The notes: generated from the sequence alone by a model not told the origin. Counted from the first letter of the stretch, positions 1 through 11,711 are shown. The stretch is DNA of 64,000 nt from an uncultured Methanosarcinaceae archaeon (GCA_963847185.1 CAWJYV010000010.1:128001-192000), one strand, 5' to 3'. Made by a program: numbers and translations.

Positions 1-2223
1 GACAGGGTCGTGATAGCTGCCTGCTCCCCAAGGCTGCACGAAAAGACCTTCAGGCACGTTATGGAGAAAGCCGGCCTGAATCCTTATCTTATGGAAATGG
101 TAAATATCAGGGAGCAGTGTTCCTGGGTACACGCACATGATCCCCAGATGGCAACCCAGAAGGCTTTCGATCTTATCAGGATGGGAGTTGCAAAGGCCAG
201 ATTCCTGAAAGAGCTGAATGCAACAAGTTCGAAAGCCAGCAAAAATGTTCTCATTATAGGAGGAGGAGTTGCAGGAATCGAGGCAGCTCTTAACCTTGCA
301 GAATCCGGTTTTCCTGTAACCCTGGTGGAAAGAGAATCTACAATAGGAGGCAAAATGGCCCTGATGAATGAGGTCTTTCCAACAAATGACTGTTCTATCT
401 GCGTGCTTGCTCCTAAAATGACGGAAGTCCAGAACCACCCTAATATCAAGCTTTACACATACTCCGAGGTCACCGATATCTCAGGCTCCGTAGGGAAATT
501 CCACGTAAGAGTCAAACGCAAACCCAGATTCGTGCTTGAAGACAAATGCAAGGGCTGCATTGACCTCTGCTCGGCTGTCTGTCCTGTGGAAATTGAAAAT
601 CCCATGAATTACGGGATTGGAAAGACGAGAGCCATATACATGCCAATTCCCCAGTCCGTTCCGCAGGTAGTGCTCATTGACCCTGATCATTGCGTTGGCT
701 GCGGGCTCTGTATGCAGGCCTGTCCCGCAGATGCTGTTGATTACGAACAGAAGCCCGAAGAAATTGAGTTTGAAGCAGGTGCGGTAATCGTTTCAACAGG
801 TTATCAGCTCTTTGATGCGTCAAGGAAAAAGGAATACGGATTTGGGAAGTATCCGGACGTAATTACGAACATGCAACTTGAACGCATGCTTAACTCCGCA
901 GGGCCTACAGGAGGAAGAGTCCTTGTGCCTTCTACAGGCAAGCCTCCAAAAAGTGTAGCATTTATCCAGTGTGTAGGTTCAAGGGACAAAACTGTTGGAA
1001 ACGAGCACTGTTCAAGAGTCTGTTGCATGGCAGCCCTCAAGAACTCCCAGATGATCATGGAGCGCTACCCTGATACTGATATCACTATCCACTATATTGA
1101 TATCAGGGCTGCAGGCGAGATGTATGAAGAATATTACGTAAGGACTCAGGGAATGGGAGTGGACTTTATCCGCGGCAAGGTTGCAGAAATTTATGCTGCT
1201 GACGACGGGAGACCGGTAGTCCGTTATGAAAATACCCTTGAGTGCCGGGTCGAAGAAGAGGTTCACGACCTTGTTGTACTTTCAACAGGCTACGAGCCCA
1301 GCAAAGCCGCAGAGGGCATAGCCAGGATGTTAAACCTTGCACGGAGGCCGGACAGGTTCTTTGCAAGTGCCCACCCGAAAATGCGTCCTGTCGAAGCCCC
1401 TGTAAGCGGGGTTTTCCTGGCAGGCTGTGCTTCAGGACCTAAAGAAATTCAGGTTTCGATTGCCCAGGGCAGCGCATGTGCCGCCAAAGCTATGCAGCTG
1501 CTCGGCACAGGAGAGCTTGAAGCGGATCCAATGGGCGCGCATGTTGATTCTGAAAAGTGCATTGGGTGCAGAACATGTGTTGAAGTCTGCAAATTCGGAA
1601 AGATCAGTATTCAGGATAAAAAGGCTGTTGTGGATGAGGTCTCATGTCATGGCTGCGGAGACTGCAGTGCCGCATGCCCTGTAGGGGCAATCCAGATGCG
1701 AAACTTCGAAAACGAACAGATCCTTGCCCAGGTTCGAGCTGCAACTGCTCAGAAGTCCCAGTGTCCATTTATTGTAGCATTTCTCTGCAACTGGTGCAGC
1801 TATGCCTGCGCAGACCTGACAGGGATGTCCAGGCTCCATTACCCTACAAATATCCGGGTAATCCGTACGATGTGTTCTGCAAGGGTAAACCCAGAATTCG
1901 TGCTTGAAGCCCTTAAAGGAGGAGCTGACGGAGTACTTGTTGCAGGCTGCAGGATGGACGAGTGTCACTATATCCATGGGAATTTTGACGCGAAAAAACG
2001 GATGGACGTTTTAAAGGAAGTTGTAAAGGAAATAGGGCTTGATCCAAAAAGGCTCCGAACCCTCTGGATCTCTGCTGCCGAAGGAGAACGGTTCTCGAAC
2101 ACGATAACTGAATTTGTGCATGAACTTGAAGAAATAGGGCCAATAGGAACCGAGCTGATGCAGAAAGAAACCGGGGATGAAGTTGAACAAGAAACCACCG
2201 AATTTGAGGAGGTGGCACAGTGA
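1..2223 (+). CDS. hdrA: Heterodisulfide reductase subunit A fused to a C-terminal MvhD domain (HdrA2-type); 5' end lies outside the window
   Basis: Frame open from base 1; VNIREQCSWVH, FAD motif IIGGGVAG, FPTNDCSIC, CSRVCC, ferredoxin CxxCxxC motifs; C-terminal MvhD signature FLCNWCSYACAD...CHYIHGN. Confidence 0.95.
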   Translation, partial: DRVVIAACSPRLHEKTFRHVMEKAGLNPYLMEMVNIREQCSWVHAHDPQMATQKAFDLIRMGVAKARFLKELNATSSKASKNVLIIGGGVAGIEAALNLAESGFPVTLVERESTIGGKMALMNEVFPTNDCSICVLAPKMTEVQNHPNIKLYTYSEVTDISGSVGKFHVRVKRKPRFVLEDKCKGCIDLCSAVCPVEIENPMNYGIGKTRAIYMPIPQSVPQVVLIDPDHCVGCGLCMQACPADAVDYEQKPEEIEFEAGAVIVSTGYQLFDASRKKEYGFGKYPDVITNMQLERMLNSAGPTGGRVLVPSTGKPPKSVAFIQCVGSRDKTVGNEHCSRVCCMAALKNSQMIMERYPDTDITIHYIDIRAAGEMYEEYYVRTQGMGVDFIRGKVAEIYAADDGRPVVRYENTLECRVEEEVHDLVVLSTGYEPSKAAEGIARMLNLARRPDRFFASAHPKMRPVEAPVSGVFLAGCASGPKEIQVSIAQGSACAAKAMQLLGTGELEADPMGAHVDSEKCIGCRTCVEVCKFGKISIQDKKAVVDEVSCHGCGDCSAACPVGAIQMRNFENEQILAQVRAATAQKSQCPFIVAFLCNWCSYACADLTGMSRLHYPTNIRVIRTMCSARVNPEFVLEALKGGADGVLVAGCRMDECHYIHGNFDAKKRMDVLKEVVKEIGLDPKRLRTLWISAAEGERFSNTITEFVHELEEIGPIGTELMQKETGDEVEQETTEFEEVAQ

Positions 2224-3710
2224 GCGAGGAGCATCCTGAACAGGAAACTCACGTATGCAAAGGGTGCTGCGAAGCCTGTGAAGCTGAATCGGAAAATCCT
2301 GAGACCGGAGAAACCTTAACCGAAGATTTGGAACTTGAGAAATTTAAACTGGAGGGGTTTGAATCCGAAAAACCCGAAACTGCAGTGTCTGAAAACAGTG
2401 AAAACGAAAATCAGGAAAAAATCACAGTTACCAACAGTATGGATCTGCAGGGTTCCCATTTTCTCTATACTCAGGCAACCGAGAAGTCCATCAAGACTCT
2501 GGACTACGACTATAAACGCTGTAACGGCTGCGGAATCTGTGTGGAAATCTGTCCCACAAAAGCTCTTGAACTCGGGCCTGTACACGAAATCGCAACCGGA
2601 CTCGATGCACCTGCTGTGATGATGGACCTTGAGAAATGCACCTTCTGCAGGATGTGCTCAAACCTTTGCCCTGTCCATGCCATTACCTTTGAGGCTGTGG
2701 GAGAGGTTCCTGATGAGAAAAAGTATCCAAAATATGACACTTATGTGAATATCAATGAGAAATGCCTTCCCTGTGCTCTCTGTGAAGGGGCCTGCCCGCA
2801 GGACGCAATCGAAGTTGAGTTTACTTTCCCGAAAAAAGAAGAAATAGCACCTTTCAAAGAAGGGGTGGAAGGAGAGATAGAAATTGATACTGAGAAGTGC
2901 AATTTCTGCGGGATCTGTGCCCGCTTCTGTGACGCTTTTCTCCTGCTTGAGCGCGAGCCAACACCTGAAAATCCTGTGCCATTTGAGCAGCTCTTCGTTG
3001 ATGAGGATAAATGTGACTACTGCGTGCTCTGCCAGGACATCTGCCCTGAGGAAGCAATAAAAGTCAAAGGGGAACGCCCCTGTGAAGCCCCTAAAGTTGA
3101 AGGAAAAGTCAAGGTAGACGAGCTTAAGTGTACGCAGTGCGCCCGCTGCAAAGCTGTCTGTCCCTACGAAGCTGTAGAGCTTCAAAAACCCATGGAAGGA
3201 GAACTGAGCCTTATTGAAGTTAACCTTAAAGAGTGCGACCCCCAGGGCTGTCGCGGCTGCTTTAACGTATGTCCCTCGAATCTCTGGTATGTGCCAACTG
3301 ACCCCAATGACCCGCGCAAGATTGCTTTTGCTGAGGATTTCTGCACATACTGCGGAGCCTGCGTAAAGGCCTGCCATCTGGCAGCTATCAATGTGGAAAG
3401 AACCGATATCCATCACACCGAAATTCCCGACACTCCCTGGGCTGCCCAGTGGAAGGACGCAATCGAGTCCCTGAAAACAGGAGTCAGAAAAGGAGTTGAT
3501 AGGGCTGTATTCAGGGAAACCGAGACTTTTAAAGCTCAGAAGTTTATGGGCGTGGAGTTTCCGTGTGTTAACGAAGAAATGCTTTCAGCCGTGCAGGCAA
3601 AGATAGATGCCTTGATGCCAGCTCTCAGGAGTGCAAAGGTCAGGAAACTCTGGGAAACTGACTCCCCGGAAAATGCCGCAGCAGCCGTGAAAAAGAAAAT
3701 TGAAGGCTGA
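2220..3710 (+). CDS. Polyferredoxin (multiple 4Fe-4S clusters), translationally coupled to hdrA
   Basis: About eight CxxCxxCxxxC motifs; GTG start overlaps the hdrA stop. Confidence 0.92.
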   Translation: MSEEHPEQETHVCKGCCEACEAESENPETGETLTEDLELEKFKLEGFESEKPETAVSENSENENQEKITVTNSMDLQGSHFLYTQATEKSIKTLDYDYKRCNGCGICVEICPTKALELGPVHEIATGLDAPAVMMDLEKCTFCRMCSNLCPVHAITFEAVGEVPDEKKYPKYDTYVNINEKCLPCALCEGACPQDAIEVEFTFPKKEEIAPFKEGVEGEIEIDTEKCNFCGICARFCDAFLLLEREPTPENPVPFEQLFVDEDKCDYCVLCQDICPEEAIKVKGERPCEAPKVEGKVKVDELKCTQCARCKAVCPYEAVELQKPMEGELSLIEVNLKECDPQGCRGCFNVCPSNLWYVPTDPNDPRKIAFAEDFCTYCGACVKACHLAAINVERTDIHHTEIPDTPWAAQWKDAIESLKTGVRKGVDRAVFRETETFKAQKFMGVEFPCVNEEMLSAVQAKIDALMPALRSAKVRKLWETDSPENAAAAVKKKIEG

Positions 3711-3908
3711 AAGGCAAAATAATAACGAAAAAACTAAATAAAAGAAATCTAAGAAAGGAAAATGAACAAATTTGAACTCTAGAGGCTGGAGTCATATTTT
3801 TTCCCTGAAATCGGCCTCAGAGCTCATATTTCTCCTTAATCTCATATTTCTCCTTAATATTTACACATTTACTTAAAATTTGTACTTTCCTCAAGACTCG
3901 CACTTTCT

Positions 3909-4361
3909 TTAAGGCTTACGCTTTTCTCTTACAACTATAACCGGCACTTTTGAGTGACGTGTAACGTTTCCTGCAACACTGCCCAAAAGCAGCCGGTCAA
4001 GCCCTGTTTTTCCAAGAGTACCCATAACAATTATGTCCATTCCATTTTCTTCTGCGTACCTGATAAGCTCATCTGCAGGATGTCCTTCGAGCAGGACGGA
4101 TTCTACAGTGACCCCTTCCATCTTTCCTATGCCTTTTATATAATTCAGAGCCTCGTATCCTTCTGTTCTCAACGATTCATACACTCTTTTCCAATCAAAA
4201 TCCACAGCTTTGGAAGAAAAGTAATCTTTTGGTATCACATATACAGCATAAATCGTTCCTCTGCTCAATTTGGCAAGCTCGATCCCGTAATTTGCAGCAA
4301 GCCTTGAGCAGACCGATCCATCAGTTGCAACCATTATTTTCTTAAAACTAATGTTTCCCAT
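3909..4361 (-). CDS. Universal stress protein (UspA family)
   Basis: KKIMVATDGS ... DIIVMGTLGKTGLDRLLLGSVAGNV. Confidence 0.93.
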   Translation of the reverse strand: MGNISFKKIMVATDGSVCSRLAANYGIELAKLSRGTIYAVYVIPKDYFSSKAVDFDWKRVYESLRTEGYEALNYIKGIGKMEGVTVESVLLEGHPADELIRYAEENGMDIIVMGTLGKTGLDRLLLGSVAGNVTRHSKVPVIVVREKRKP

Positions 4362-4696
4362 ATAGAATCCCTGATTACTTTATCTGCCTGCATTAATATA
4401 ATATCATCGAGATTCAGGAAGTGAACTTTTCTTATTGAATGGAGGTTGCAGGTCATGCCTTAATGTAACCTGGCACTATGATGGGTAAAGCCTTTAAGAA
4501 TATCTGGATCGCTTTCAGAGAGAAGTTTCCACGCACGATAAATTTCCGCCCCTTTATATCTCGATGTTGCTTGATGAAGAAAAGGGTAGTGATGTGAAAG
4601 GAGGCCAAATTATTGCTTCCGGAGAAGCTGCAACTGATTCAAAACTATAATCCAAAAACTATACTTCTATATATGGGAGGAAATTATTGTATAATC

Positions 4697-4861
4697 ATGG
4701 CAGGCTTTCTTGGGAATTTCCTCTCCGGTTTGAGACAAAATATTCCATATTTAAAAGACCACGATGTAAGTTCAGAAGTAGTTATCGGAATATTTATGCA
4801 TTTGTTCATTTTCCTTTGCTTTATCATCTTATTTTACTTGCTGGTAAGAAAATTCATGTGA
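4697..4861 (+). CDS. Possible small membrane protein (54 aa)
   Basis: ATG at 4697 downstream of a TATA-like CTATATAT; hydrophobic C-terminal helix followed by RK. Confidence 0.3.
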   Translation: MAGFLGNFLSGLRQNIPYLKDHDVSSEVVIGIFMHLFIFLCFIILFYLLVRKFM

Positions 4862-4879
4862 CTTTGAAAGGCGGCGATT

Positions 4880-5240
4880 TAGAGCCTGCCTGAAACTTCA
4901 TATTTTCCCGTCAATTTTCGCTATGAAAACAGTGTCTATGGCTGACCAGGTTACGCTGCCAGCTGCTCATACGGAAATCCATTTTTATTCGAAAGCAGGC
5001 TCTTCGATTTGGACTCAATTACACCAGTGTCGCGTCAGCGATAAAATATCGTATAAATCCAATTACGACCATTCAGAATTTTTCAATCCTGATGATTGAC
5101 GCGACACTTGAACTGGGCCTTATTATTCTTTTGGCTCTATGCGCTTTTCTTCTGCATTTGTATTGTGATATAGTGACATTGACATTTGGTACGGTAAAAA
5201 ATAATATGTTTTCAGGCGCTTGCACAATTGTCCTGAACTT
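4880..5240 (-). pseudogene. Degenerate third copy of the SnoaL/NTF2-like gene, interrupted by a MITE
   Basis: Colinear DNA similarity to 6005-6290 on both sides of the 5026-5108 insertion, e.g. ccgtcaattttcgctatgaaaacagtgtctatggct vs ccgtcaatcttcgctctaaaaacagcatctatggct. Confidence 0.75.
5026..5108. mobile_element. MITE-like element (83 bp)
   Basis: Perfect 12-bp terminal inverted repeats AGTGTCGCGTCA / TGACGCGACACT; absent from the intact paralog. Confidence 0.75.
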
Positions 5241-5241
5241 T

Positions 5242-5664
5242 TTAAAATGTCAATAATTGCTGTTTTATATCTGGCAAAGAAAAATGGCCATGTACCAGGA
5301 GCCATTTGTTTTCTCGTTTCTCAAGAATCTTTGTAACTCTAGCTGGGAAAAATAGATTATATCCTTTTATTTTTGCTTTGAACATAGAGTCAATGGCCAC
5401 CCAGGCCACCGTACCAGCGGCTGAAACAGAAATTTTATTGTACTCAAGAGACAAAGTCTCGGTTTGAGCCCAATCACGTTCAAGCTGGGTTTGAATCTCC
5501 TTCAAGCCTACCCTCTTCTCATCTGCTTCGGTACCATATATAATAACATCAGCATCTGGCGCAATAAGGGACATTACACCTCTCATGTCGCGTTTCGTAT
5601 AACTCTCGGCAAATTTTTCCAGAAAAGCCATAACCGCTTTTTCGGTCAGATTATCTGCTTTCAT
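5242..5664 (-). CDS. SnoaL-like / NTF2-fold protein
   Basis: MKAD start matches the paralog; ARVTKILEKRENKWLLVHGHFS C-terminal motif. Confidence 0.85.
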   Translation of the reverse strand: MKADNLTEKAVMAFLEKFAESYTKRDMRGVMSLIAPDADVIIYGTEADEKRVGLKEIQTQLERDWAQTETLSLEYNKISVSAAGTVAWVAIDSMFKAKIKGYNLFFPARVTKILEKRENKWLLVHGHFSLPDIKQQLLTF

Positions 5665-5914
5665 TCTGTTTTTTCTCCGCAAAGATAAACTAATATATAA
5701 TTGACAGTTTAAGAGTTGAAATACTACTTCTTACTAAAGATATTAAGTATATTATAATGTTTGTATGTAAATTATTTTATTATGTCATATCGGAAAACCT
5801 GAATAAGTTACTGGGATAGAAAATACAGAAAATAAGGGTAATAAGTAAAAAGTAAAAAAGTAGTAAGTAAAAAATATAAGAGTCGAATCTATTTTTGATT
5901 CACAAAAGGATTAT

Positions 5915-6331
5915 TTAATCAAAGAATTGACTCTGATCAGGGAAAGAAAAGTGGCCCTGTACTATTAGCCATTTGTCCCCACGCTTTTCAAAGACCTTTG
6001 TGACCCTGGCCTGAAATTTCGTCTTTTTTCCGTCAATCTTCGCTCTAAAAACAGCATCTATGGCTACCCAGGCTACATCGCCGGCGGCAGAAATGGAAGT
6101 CCAGTTGTACTCAAGAGCAGGTTCTTCAATTTGAGACCAATCACGCTCGAACTGAGCCTTTATTTTCTCCGGCCCTACACATTTCTCATCCGCACCGGTG
6201 CCGTACATAACTACATCTGCATCAGGTGCAATAAGAGACATTGCACTTTTCAAATCGCGTTTAGCATAACTCTCGGCAAACTTTTCCAGAACATCCCTTA
6301 CTGCTTTTTCGGTTTCACTATCTGCTTTCAT
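5915..6331 (-). CDS. SnoaL-like / NTF2-fold protein, tandem paralog
   Basis: ARVTKVFEKRGDKWLIVQGHFS; highly similar to the preceding gene. Confidence 0.88.
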   Translation of the reverse strand: MKADSETEKAVRDVLEKFAESYAKRDLKSAMSLIAPDADVVMYGTGADEKCVGPEKIKAQFERDWSQIEEPALEYNWTSISAAGDVAWVAIDAVFRAKIDGKKTKFQARVTKVFEKRGDKWLIVQGHFSFPDQSQFFD

Positions 6332-6890
6332 TATATCTTCCTCAAAATAATAACCTATTCATAATGACAGTCTAAGAATTTAAAGATATTTCTTTTTTTA
6401 ATTTTGGTATATGTAATTTCACAAGATAAGATTTAGAGTCATTTCATGGCTAGTTATCACAAAAATAACTTTTTTAGCCAGAAATTGATTTGAAATATTG
6501 CATTTTTTTCTGTTTATGTTCTATTTGTGTTCTGTTTGTATTCTGTTTGTGTTCTGTTAATAGATACCTTTATACATCCTACCGCACCTTTTACATTAAG
6601 TTTCTTACTGATTATTACCGATAACTGTTAATGAAGCACCTAAAAGAGCTAAGAGAGGAATCAAGCGCAGAAGAAAGTTTGAAGGAAAAATACAAAATAA
6701 CGAGCCGATGGACTTAAAACTGAAGGAAGAACAAAAAGAAGCGGATTCTAAAGAATTGGGAAGAATTTAAAAAGAATTAACGGTAATTAAGGAAAATTCA
6801 AGAGAATTAAGGATAATTAATGAAATAAAGATTATAATAAAAAATTAAAGAGGATTTTAACGCGCTTCCTGCTTAGATTCGGGTGAAAAT

Positions 6891-8792
6891 ATGGAAAAAT
6901 ACGATTATAGTGAACTAGGGCTGAAAGCCGGGCTTGAAATTCACCAGCAGCTGGATTCGAAGAAGAAACTTTTCTGCAGGTGTCCGACTCTGATCAGGGA
7001 TATCGGGGATTCTAATTTTGAGTTTTTCAGGTATCTCAGGGCTACGGAAAGTGAGATGGGAGAAAAGGACAGGGCTGCGGTAGAGCAGACAAAGGTCAGG
7101 AGGAAGTATATCTATAAGGCTTATGACACGACCTGTCTTATAGAAAACGATGAAGAGCCTCCGAGAGAACTCAACGTGGAAGCTTTGGATATTTCCCTTG
7201 GGGTTGCAAAACTTTTCCATATGAAACCTGTAGACCAGATGCATGTCATGAGGAAAATAGTAGTCGACGGGTCTAACACAAGCGGTTTTCAAAGGACAGC
7301 TTTTCTTGCAAGCGATGGATATATAGAAACATCTGAAGGTCGTTGCGGGATTGACAGCCTGTGTGTGGAAGAGGAAGCTGCTCAGAAAATTGAGGAAATA
7401 GGGGATTCAATCATTTATTCCCTGGACAGGCTTGGAATTCCGCTTGTGGAAATTGCGACTGCCCCGGATATTAAAACTCCTCGTCACGCAAGAGAGGTTG
7501 CTGAACATATAGGGATGATCCTCAGGTCGACAGGGAAAGTAAAGAGAGGACTTGGCACAATCAGGCAGGACGTGAATATCTCGATTGCCAGAGGTGCAAG
7601 GGTGGAAATAAAGGGAGTACAGGCCCTTGACCTAATAGAAGATATTGTCCGCAGGGAAGTTGAAAGGCAGCTGAATCTTCTTTTTATCAGGCAGGATCTT
7701 ATGGAAAGAAAGGCCTTTGTCTGTGAAGAGATCTATGATGTAACAGGCCTGTTCATTGATACAAAGTCCAAAGTTCTTCAGAAAGGTGTAAAGAAAGGAG
7801 CAATTCTTGCTGCTCTCCTCAGAAAGTTCAATGGACTTGTTGGCAAAGAAGTCCAGCCCGGAAGAAGGCTCGGGACCGAATTTTCGGACAGGGCGAAGAC
7901 TGCAGGAGTAGGAGGAGTTTTTCATACGGATGAACTTCCTAATTATGGAATCACGGAAAAGGAAGTTAAGGCCCTGAGAGACGCCATTGGTGCAGGTCCC
8001 GATGACGCCATAATAATGGTTTCGGACGAACCTGAGAAATCCAGGCTCGCAATTGAAGCGGTTATTGCGAGGGCTAAAGAAGCTCTCGAAGGAATCCCTG
8101 AAGAAACCCGAAAAGCCCTTCCTGATGGAAATACAGCTTATATGCGCCCCCTACCAGGCGCTGCAAGGATGTACCCTGAAACCGATGTTCCTCAGGTAGA
8201 GATTTCTCAGGAATATTTTGATTCGATTGAAACTCCCGAGCTCCTGACGGACAGAGCAAAGCGTTTTACCACGGAAAACGGGCTGAATAAAGAGCTCGCA
8301 GAAAAAATAGCTTACTCAAAGTATCTTCCCCTTTTTGAAAACCTTATCGAGATCTACAGGAAAGACGAAAACGTAAATTCAACTTTGATTGCCAGGACTC
8401 TTGTAGGGCTCGTTCCTGAACTCCGAAGAAACGGAGTTGAAACCGATGAACTTTCAGATGAACATTTCAAAGGGCTTTTTGCGGCTATTTCAAATCAGGA
8501 AATTGCAAAAGAAGCTATTCAGGACCTTTTGACTGCTCTTGCAAAAGAGCCTGAATTGAGTACGCAGGAAGCGGTATCAAAACTCGGGCTCAGTGCCTTT
8601 GACCCTGAGGAAGTCGAGAATTTCATCAAAAAAATGGTTCGTGAAAAAGGAGATTTTATTAAGGAGAAAGGTCCTGCAGCCCTGGGTCCTTTGATGGGAA
8701 TTGTCATGAAGGAGTATAGAGGTACTGTAGACGGGAAAATTCTCAGCCATATGTTGAAAAAAGAGATAGATAATTTTATTAATCAGGGATAA
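6891..8792 (+). CDS. gatE: Glu-tRNA(Gln) amidotransferase subunit E
   Basis: [55 protein letters not shown]. Confidence 0.97.
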   Translation: MEKYDYSELGLKAGLEIHQQLDSKKKLFCRCPTLIRDIGDSNFEFFRYLRATESEMGEKDRAAVEQTKVRRKYIYKAYDTTCLIENDEEPPRELNVEALDISLGVAKLFHMKPVDQMHVMRKIVVDGSNTSGFQRTAFLASDGYIETSEGRCGIDSLCVEEEAAQKIEEIGDSIIYSLDRLGIPLVEIATAPDIKTPRHAREVAEHIGMILRSTGKVKRGLGTIRQDVNISIARGARVEIKGVQALDLIEDIVRREVERQLNLLFIRQDLMERKAFVCEEIYDVTGLFIDTKSKVLQKGVKKGAILAALLRKFNGLVGKEVQPGRRLGTEFSDRAKTAGVGGVFHTDELPNYGITEKEVKALRDAIGAGPDDAIIMVSDEPEKSRLAIEAVIARAKEALEGIPEETRKALPDGNTAYMRPLPGAARMYPETDVPQVEISQEYFDSIETPELLTDRAKRFTTENGLNKELAEKIAYSKYLPLFENLIEIYRKDENVNSTLIARTLVGLVPELRRNGVETDELSDEHFKGLFAAISNQEIAKEAIQDLLTALAKEPELSTQEAVSKLGLSAFDPEEVENFIKKMVREKGDFIKEKGPAALGPLMGIVMKEYRGTVDGKILSHMLKKEIDNFINQG

Positions 8793-9417
8793 ACTCCTGC
8801 TTTTTTCTTCTTTTTTACTTTTTTCTCTATTTCATTTCTTATTCTCTATTTCATTTTTCCTTTTCTCTATTCATTTCTTTTTCTCTATTCATTTCTCCTT
8901 TTTTCTCTCTCTTCTTATCTATCCTTTCCAAGGAGATAAAAAGAATATAATTTAAAGATCAGGTGGTTTATAGAAATATATATCACTACGTTTCATTTTT
9001 TCTTTTCAAAAATAATTAATAGTTAAAAGTGAGGATTTAAGGCTTTGGTATTGTGCGTAAAAAGAAATATTTTTATACATGCCAATTCTATTGAATTCAT
9101 TATTATAAAACGGTCTATATAACGGTCATCTGCAAAACATTCTGTCTTATCTTCCAGCTATGAAATAAATCTGCATAGTCTGTATCTGGAAGATAGCAAT
9201 TTGAATAAGTGATACAAACTGTCTGAATTTCAAAAATTAAATATACTTCATCAAATGTAAATATTAAATATATTATGTAATTCCAGGCCTGACTGTAGCA
9301 CTTTCTGGTTCTGGCTCGGTGCTGCCAAAAATAGTTTAAAACCCCCAATTCTCTAATCACAAAAGAGATGTGGAAGTTCCAGAGCAAAAATACAAAATAA
9401 TACTAAGGAGATTCCTT

Positions 9418-9804
9418 ATGAAAGTACTGCTTGTAGACGACGACCCCTTGTTTTTGGAGTTATCTCAAACCTTTCTGGAAGTTTTCCACCATATAGCCTC
9501 TGATACTGTGGACTCTGCCAGGGAAGCGCTCCAGAAGCTGGAGAAGGACTCCTATGATGTCGTAATTTCGGATTATGATATGCCTTTCATGGATGGGATC
9601 ACCTTCCTGAGGACAATCCGTAATAAAAGTATCAATATTCCTTTTATCCTGTTTACGGGAGTAAGCAAAGATGAAGTTATACATCAGGCAATAGAAAACG
9701 GTGTAAATTCTTTTATTCAAAAAATAGGAGATCCAAAAGCCCAGTATTCCGAATTATCAAAGAGTATCTGGCAGGTTGTAAGTGGTAGCAGTTCAATTTG
9801 CTAA
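9418..9804 (+). CDS. Stand-alone response regulator receiver protein
   Basis: AGGAG RBS before ATG 9418; VLLVDDD, DVVISDYDMPFMDG, FILFTG. Confidence 0.9.
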   Translation: MKVLLVDDDPLFLELSQTFLEVFHHIASDTVDSAREALQKLEKDSYDVVISDYDMPFMDGITFLRTIRNKSINIPFILFTGVSKDEVIHQAIENGVNSFIQKIGDPKAQYSELSKSIWQVVSGSSSIC

Positions 9805-10083
9805 AAAGCGAAAACTGTTTTAATATTATAATAGCTGGTAAGTTAGGTAAACTATAGTGTGTCATTTATTTCTCTAATTTTTTGACTTTTCCTTTGAAAT
9901 CCATTTTTAATCTGATTTTTGATGTACTATAATTTTTTATTATATTATGCGGGGCTGATTATTCAACTGCTTTTAAAACACAATATTTAAACTGGATGAC
10001 AGTTTTATTCATGAAATTACTGTGTCATAACTTTATACTATAGTTAACTCAAAAGGGTTATAAAAAATTACAAACTGATCCCT

Positions 10084-11604
10084 ATGCACGTGAAAACTCA
10101 GCAAATCCTTAAGGTCTTCGAAGAAATCAATAAAATTCCGCGCTGTTCGAAGCACGAAGAAAAGCTTTCATTCTGGCTGCAGGAATGGGGCAGATCCAGA
10201 GGCTTTGAAGTGAAAGCCGATGCTTTAAATAATGTCCTCATCAAAGTCCCTGCAACTCAGGGATATGAAGACTCTCCAATACTGGTTCTGCAGGGGCATA
10301 TGGACATGGTCTGCGCAAAGAGTAAGGATTCAGAGCATGATTTTTCAAGAGATCCTATAAAATGTGCCTATGATGGGGACTGGCTGAGAGGAGACGGGAC
10401 TTCTCTTGGTGCAGATAATGGGATTGCACTGGCAATCGGGCTTGTACTTTCAGAAGCCGGAAAAAATGGGGAAATAGAGCATCCTCCACTTGAACTTCTC
10501 TTTACTGTAGATGAAGAGACAGGTTTAACAGGAGCATCCGGGTTTGAAGCCGGGTTTATTGAAGGTAAGCTGCTTCTTAACCTGGACTCTGAAGAAGAAG
10601 GGGTCTTCATAGCAGGATGTGCTGGCGGGCAGAATTCACTTATTATCCTGCCTGTTGAGTGGGAACTGTTCGATTATGAAAAAGAAGGTGGGTTTGATCT
10701 TTTCAGGCTCCTGGTTGAGGGGCTGGAAGGAGGCCATTCGGGAGTTGAAATCCACAGGCAGAGAGCAAATGCAATCCAGTTGCTTATCCGGACTCTGGCT
10801 GAATTAAAAATGAAAATTGGGGCAGAAAGCATCAGGCTTGTTCTGTTAAGCGGGGGAAGTGTCCATAACGCAATCCCTGATTCCTCAGAAGCATTTGTTG
10901 TACTTCATAAGAGCAAAATAGAAAAAGCTGAAGAAATAGTGTCTGAGCTCTGGAAGACCTTTATAGCTGAATATGCAAAAACTGACTCAGAACTCATTTT
11001 GAACTTCAAAGAGATTGATGTAAAAGCAGTTTTTGAAACTTCAGGAGGTAAAATTCTCAGGAAAGAGGTGCCCGATGACAGGGTTTTTTCTTTAAAAACT
11101 GAAGAAAAATTTATAGGGCTTCTCCTTGGAATGCCTCATGGGGTTTACAGATTATCGGATGTTATTTCCGGCTTTGTTGAAACTTCAAATAACCTGGCAA
11201 CTGTAAGGACAACGGAAAAGGAAGTGAAAATAGTATCAAGCCAGCGCAGTTCGCATATGTCCCGATTGGCTGAAATTACTGGAAAAATTGAAGCTGTGGC
11301 AAAGCTGGCAGGCGCAAAGGTTGAGCATGAGCCAGGATATTCTTCCTGGGAACCTGATCTTGAATCAGGGCTGCTTTCGAGATGCAAACACGTCTATACG
11401 GAAACCTTTGGGAAAGAGCCGAAAGTAGATGTAGTGCACGCAGGGCTCGAGTGTGGAGTAATCGGCTCAAAATGCATGGGTATGGAAATGGTTTCTTTCG
11501 GGCCGACAATCGAAGATCCCCACTCGCCTGCAGAAAAGATTTTTATCCCTTCCATTGAAAAGATCTGGATTTTCTTGGTAAACTTGCTGAAAAGCTATAA
11601 ATGA
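10084..11604 (+). CDS. pepD: Aminoacyl-histidine dipeptidase (M20C)
   Basis: LQGHMDMV, LGADNGI, FTVDEETG, GGHSG, HAGLECG. Confidence 0.93.
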   Translation: MHVKTQQILKVFEEINKIPRCSKHEEKLSFWLQEWGRSRGFEVKADALNNVLIKVPATQGYEDSPILVLQGHMDMVCAKSKDSEHDFSRDPIKCAYDGDWLRGDGTSLGADNGIALAIGLVLSEAGKNGEIEHPPLELLFTVDEETGLTGASGFEAGFIEGKLLLNLDSEEEGVFIAGCAGGQNSLIILPVEWELFDYEKEGGFDLFRLLVEGLEGGHSGVEIHRQRANAIQLLIRTLAELKMKIGAESIRLVLLSGGSVHNAIPDSSEAFVVLHKSKIEKAEEIVSELWKTFIAEYAKTDSELILNFKEIDVKAVFETSGGKILRKEVPDDRVFSLKTEEKFIGLLLGMPHGVYRLSDVISGFVETSNNLATVRTTEKEVKIVSSQRSSHMSRLAEITGKIEAVAKLAGAKVEHEPGYSSWEPDLESGLLSRCKHVYTETFGKEPKVDVVHAGLECGVIGSKCMGMEMVSFGPTIEDPHSPAEKIFIPSIEKIWIFLVNLLKSYK

Positions 11605-11711
11605 TTAAAAGTTACTGTTACAGAAGAATTTAAAAAGTCGTAGAATAATTTAGAAAGTGGTCTAAAAAGTATGGTGAACTGCAAAGAGGAGGGTAATTGA
11701 TAATTCTGAGT

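Noticed and set aside
3823-3858. Short tandem duplications (also about 6520-6560, 37123-37151, 39638-39683, 63534-63573)
   Set aside because: Ordinary slippage duplications in intergenic DNA with no further structure.
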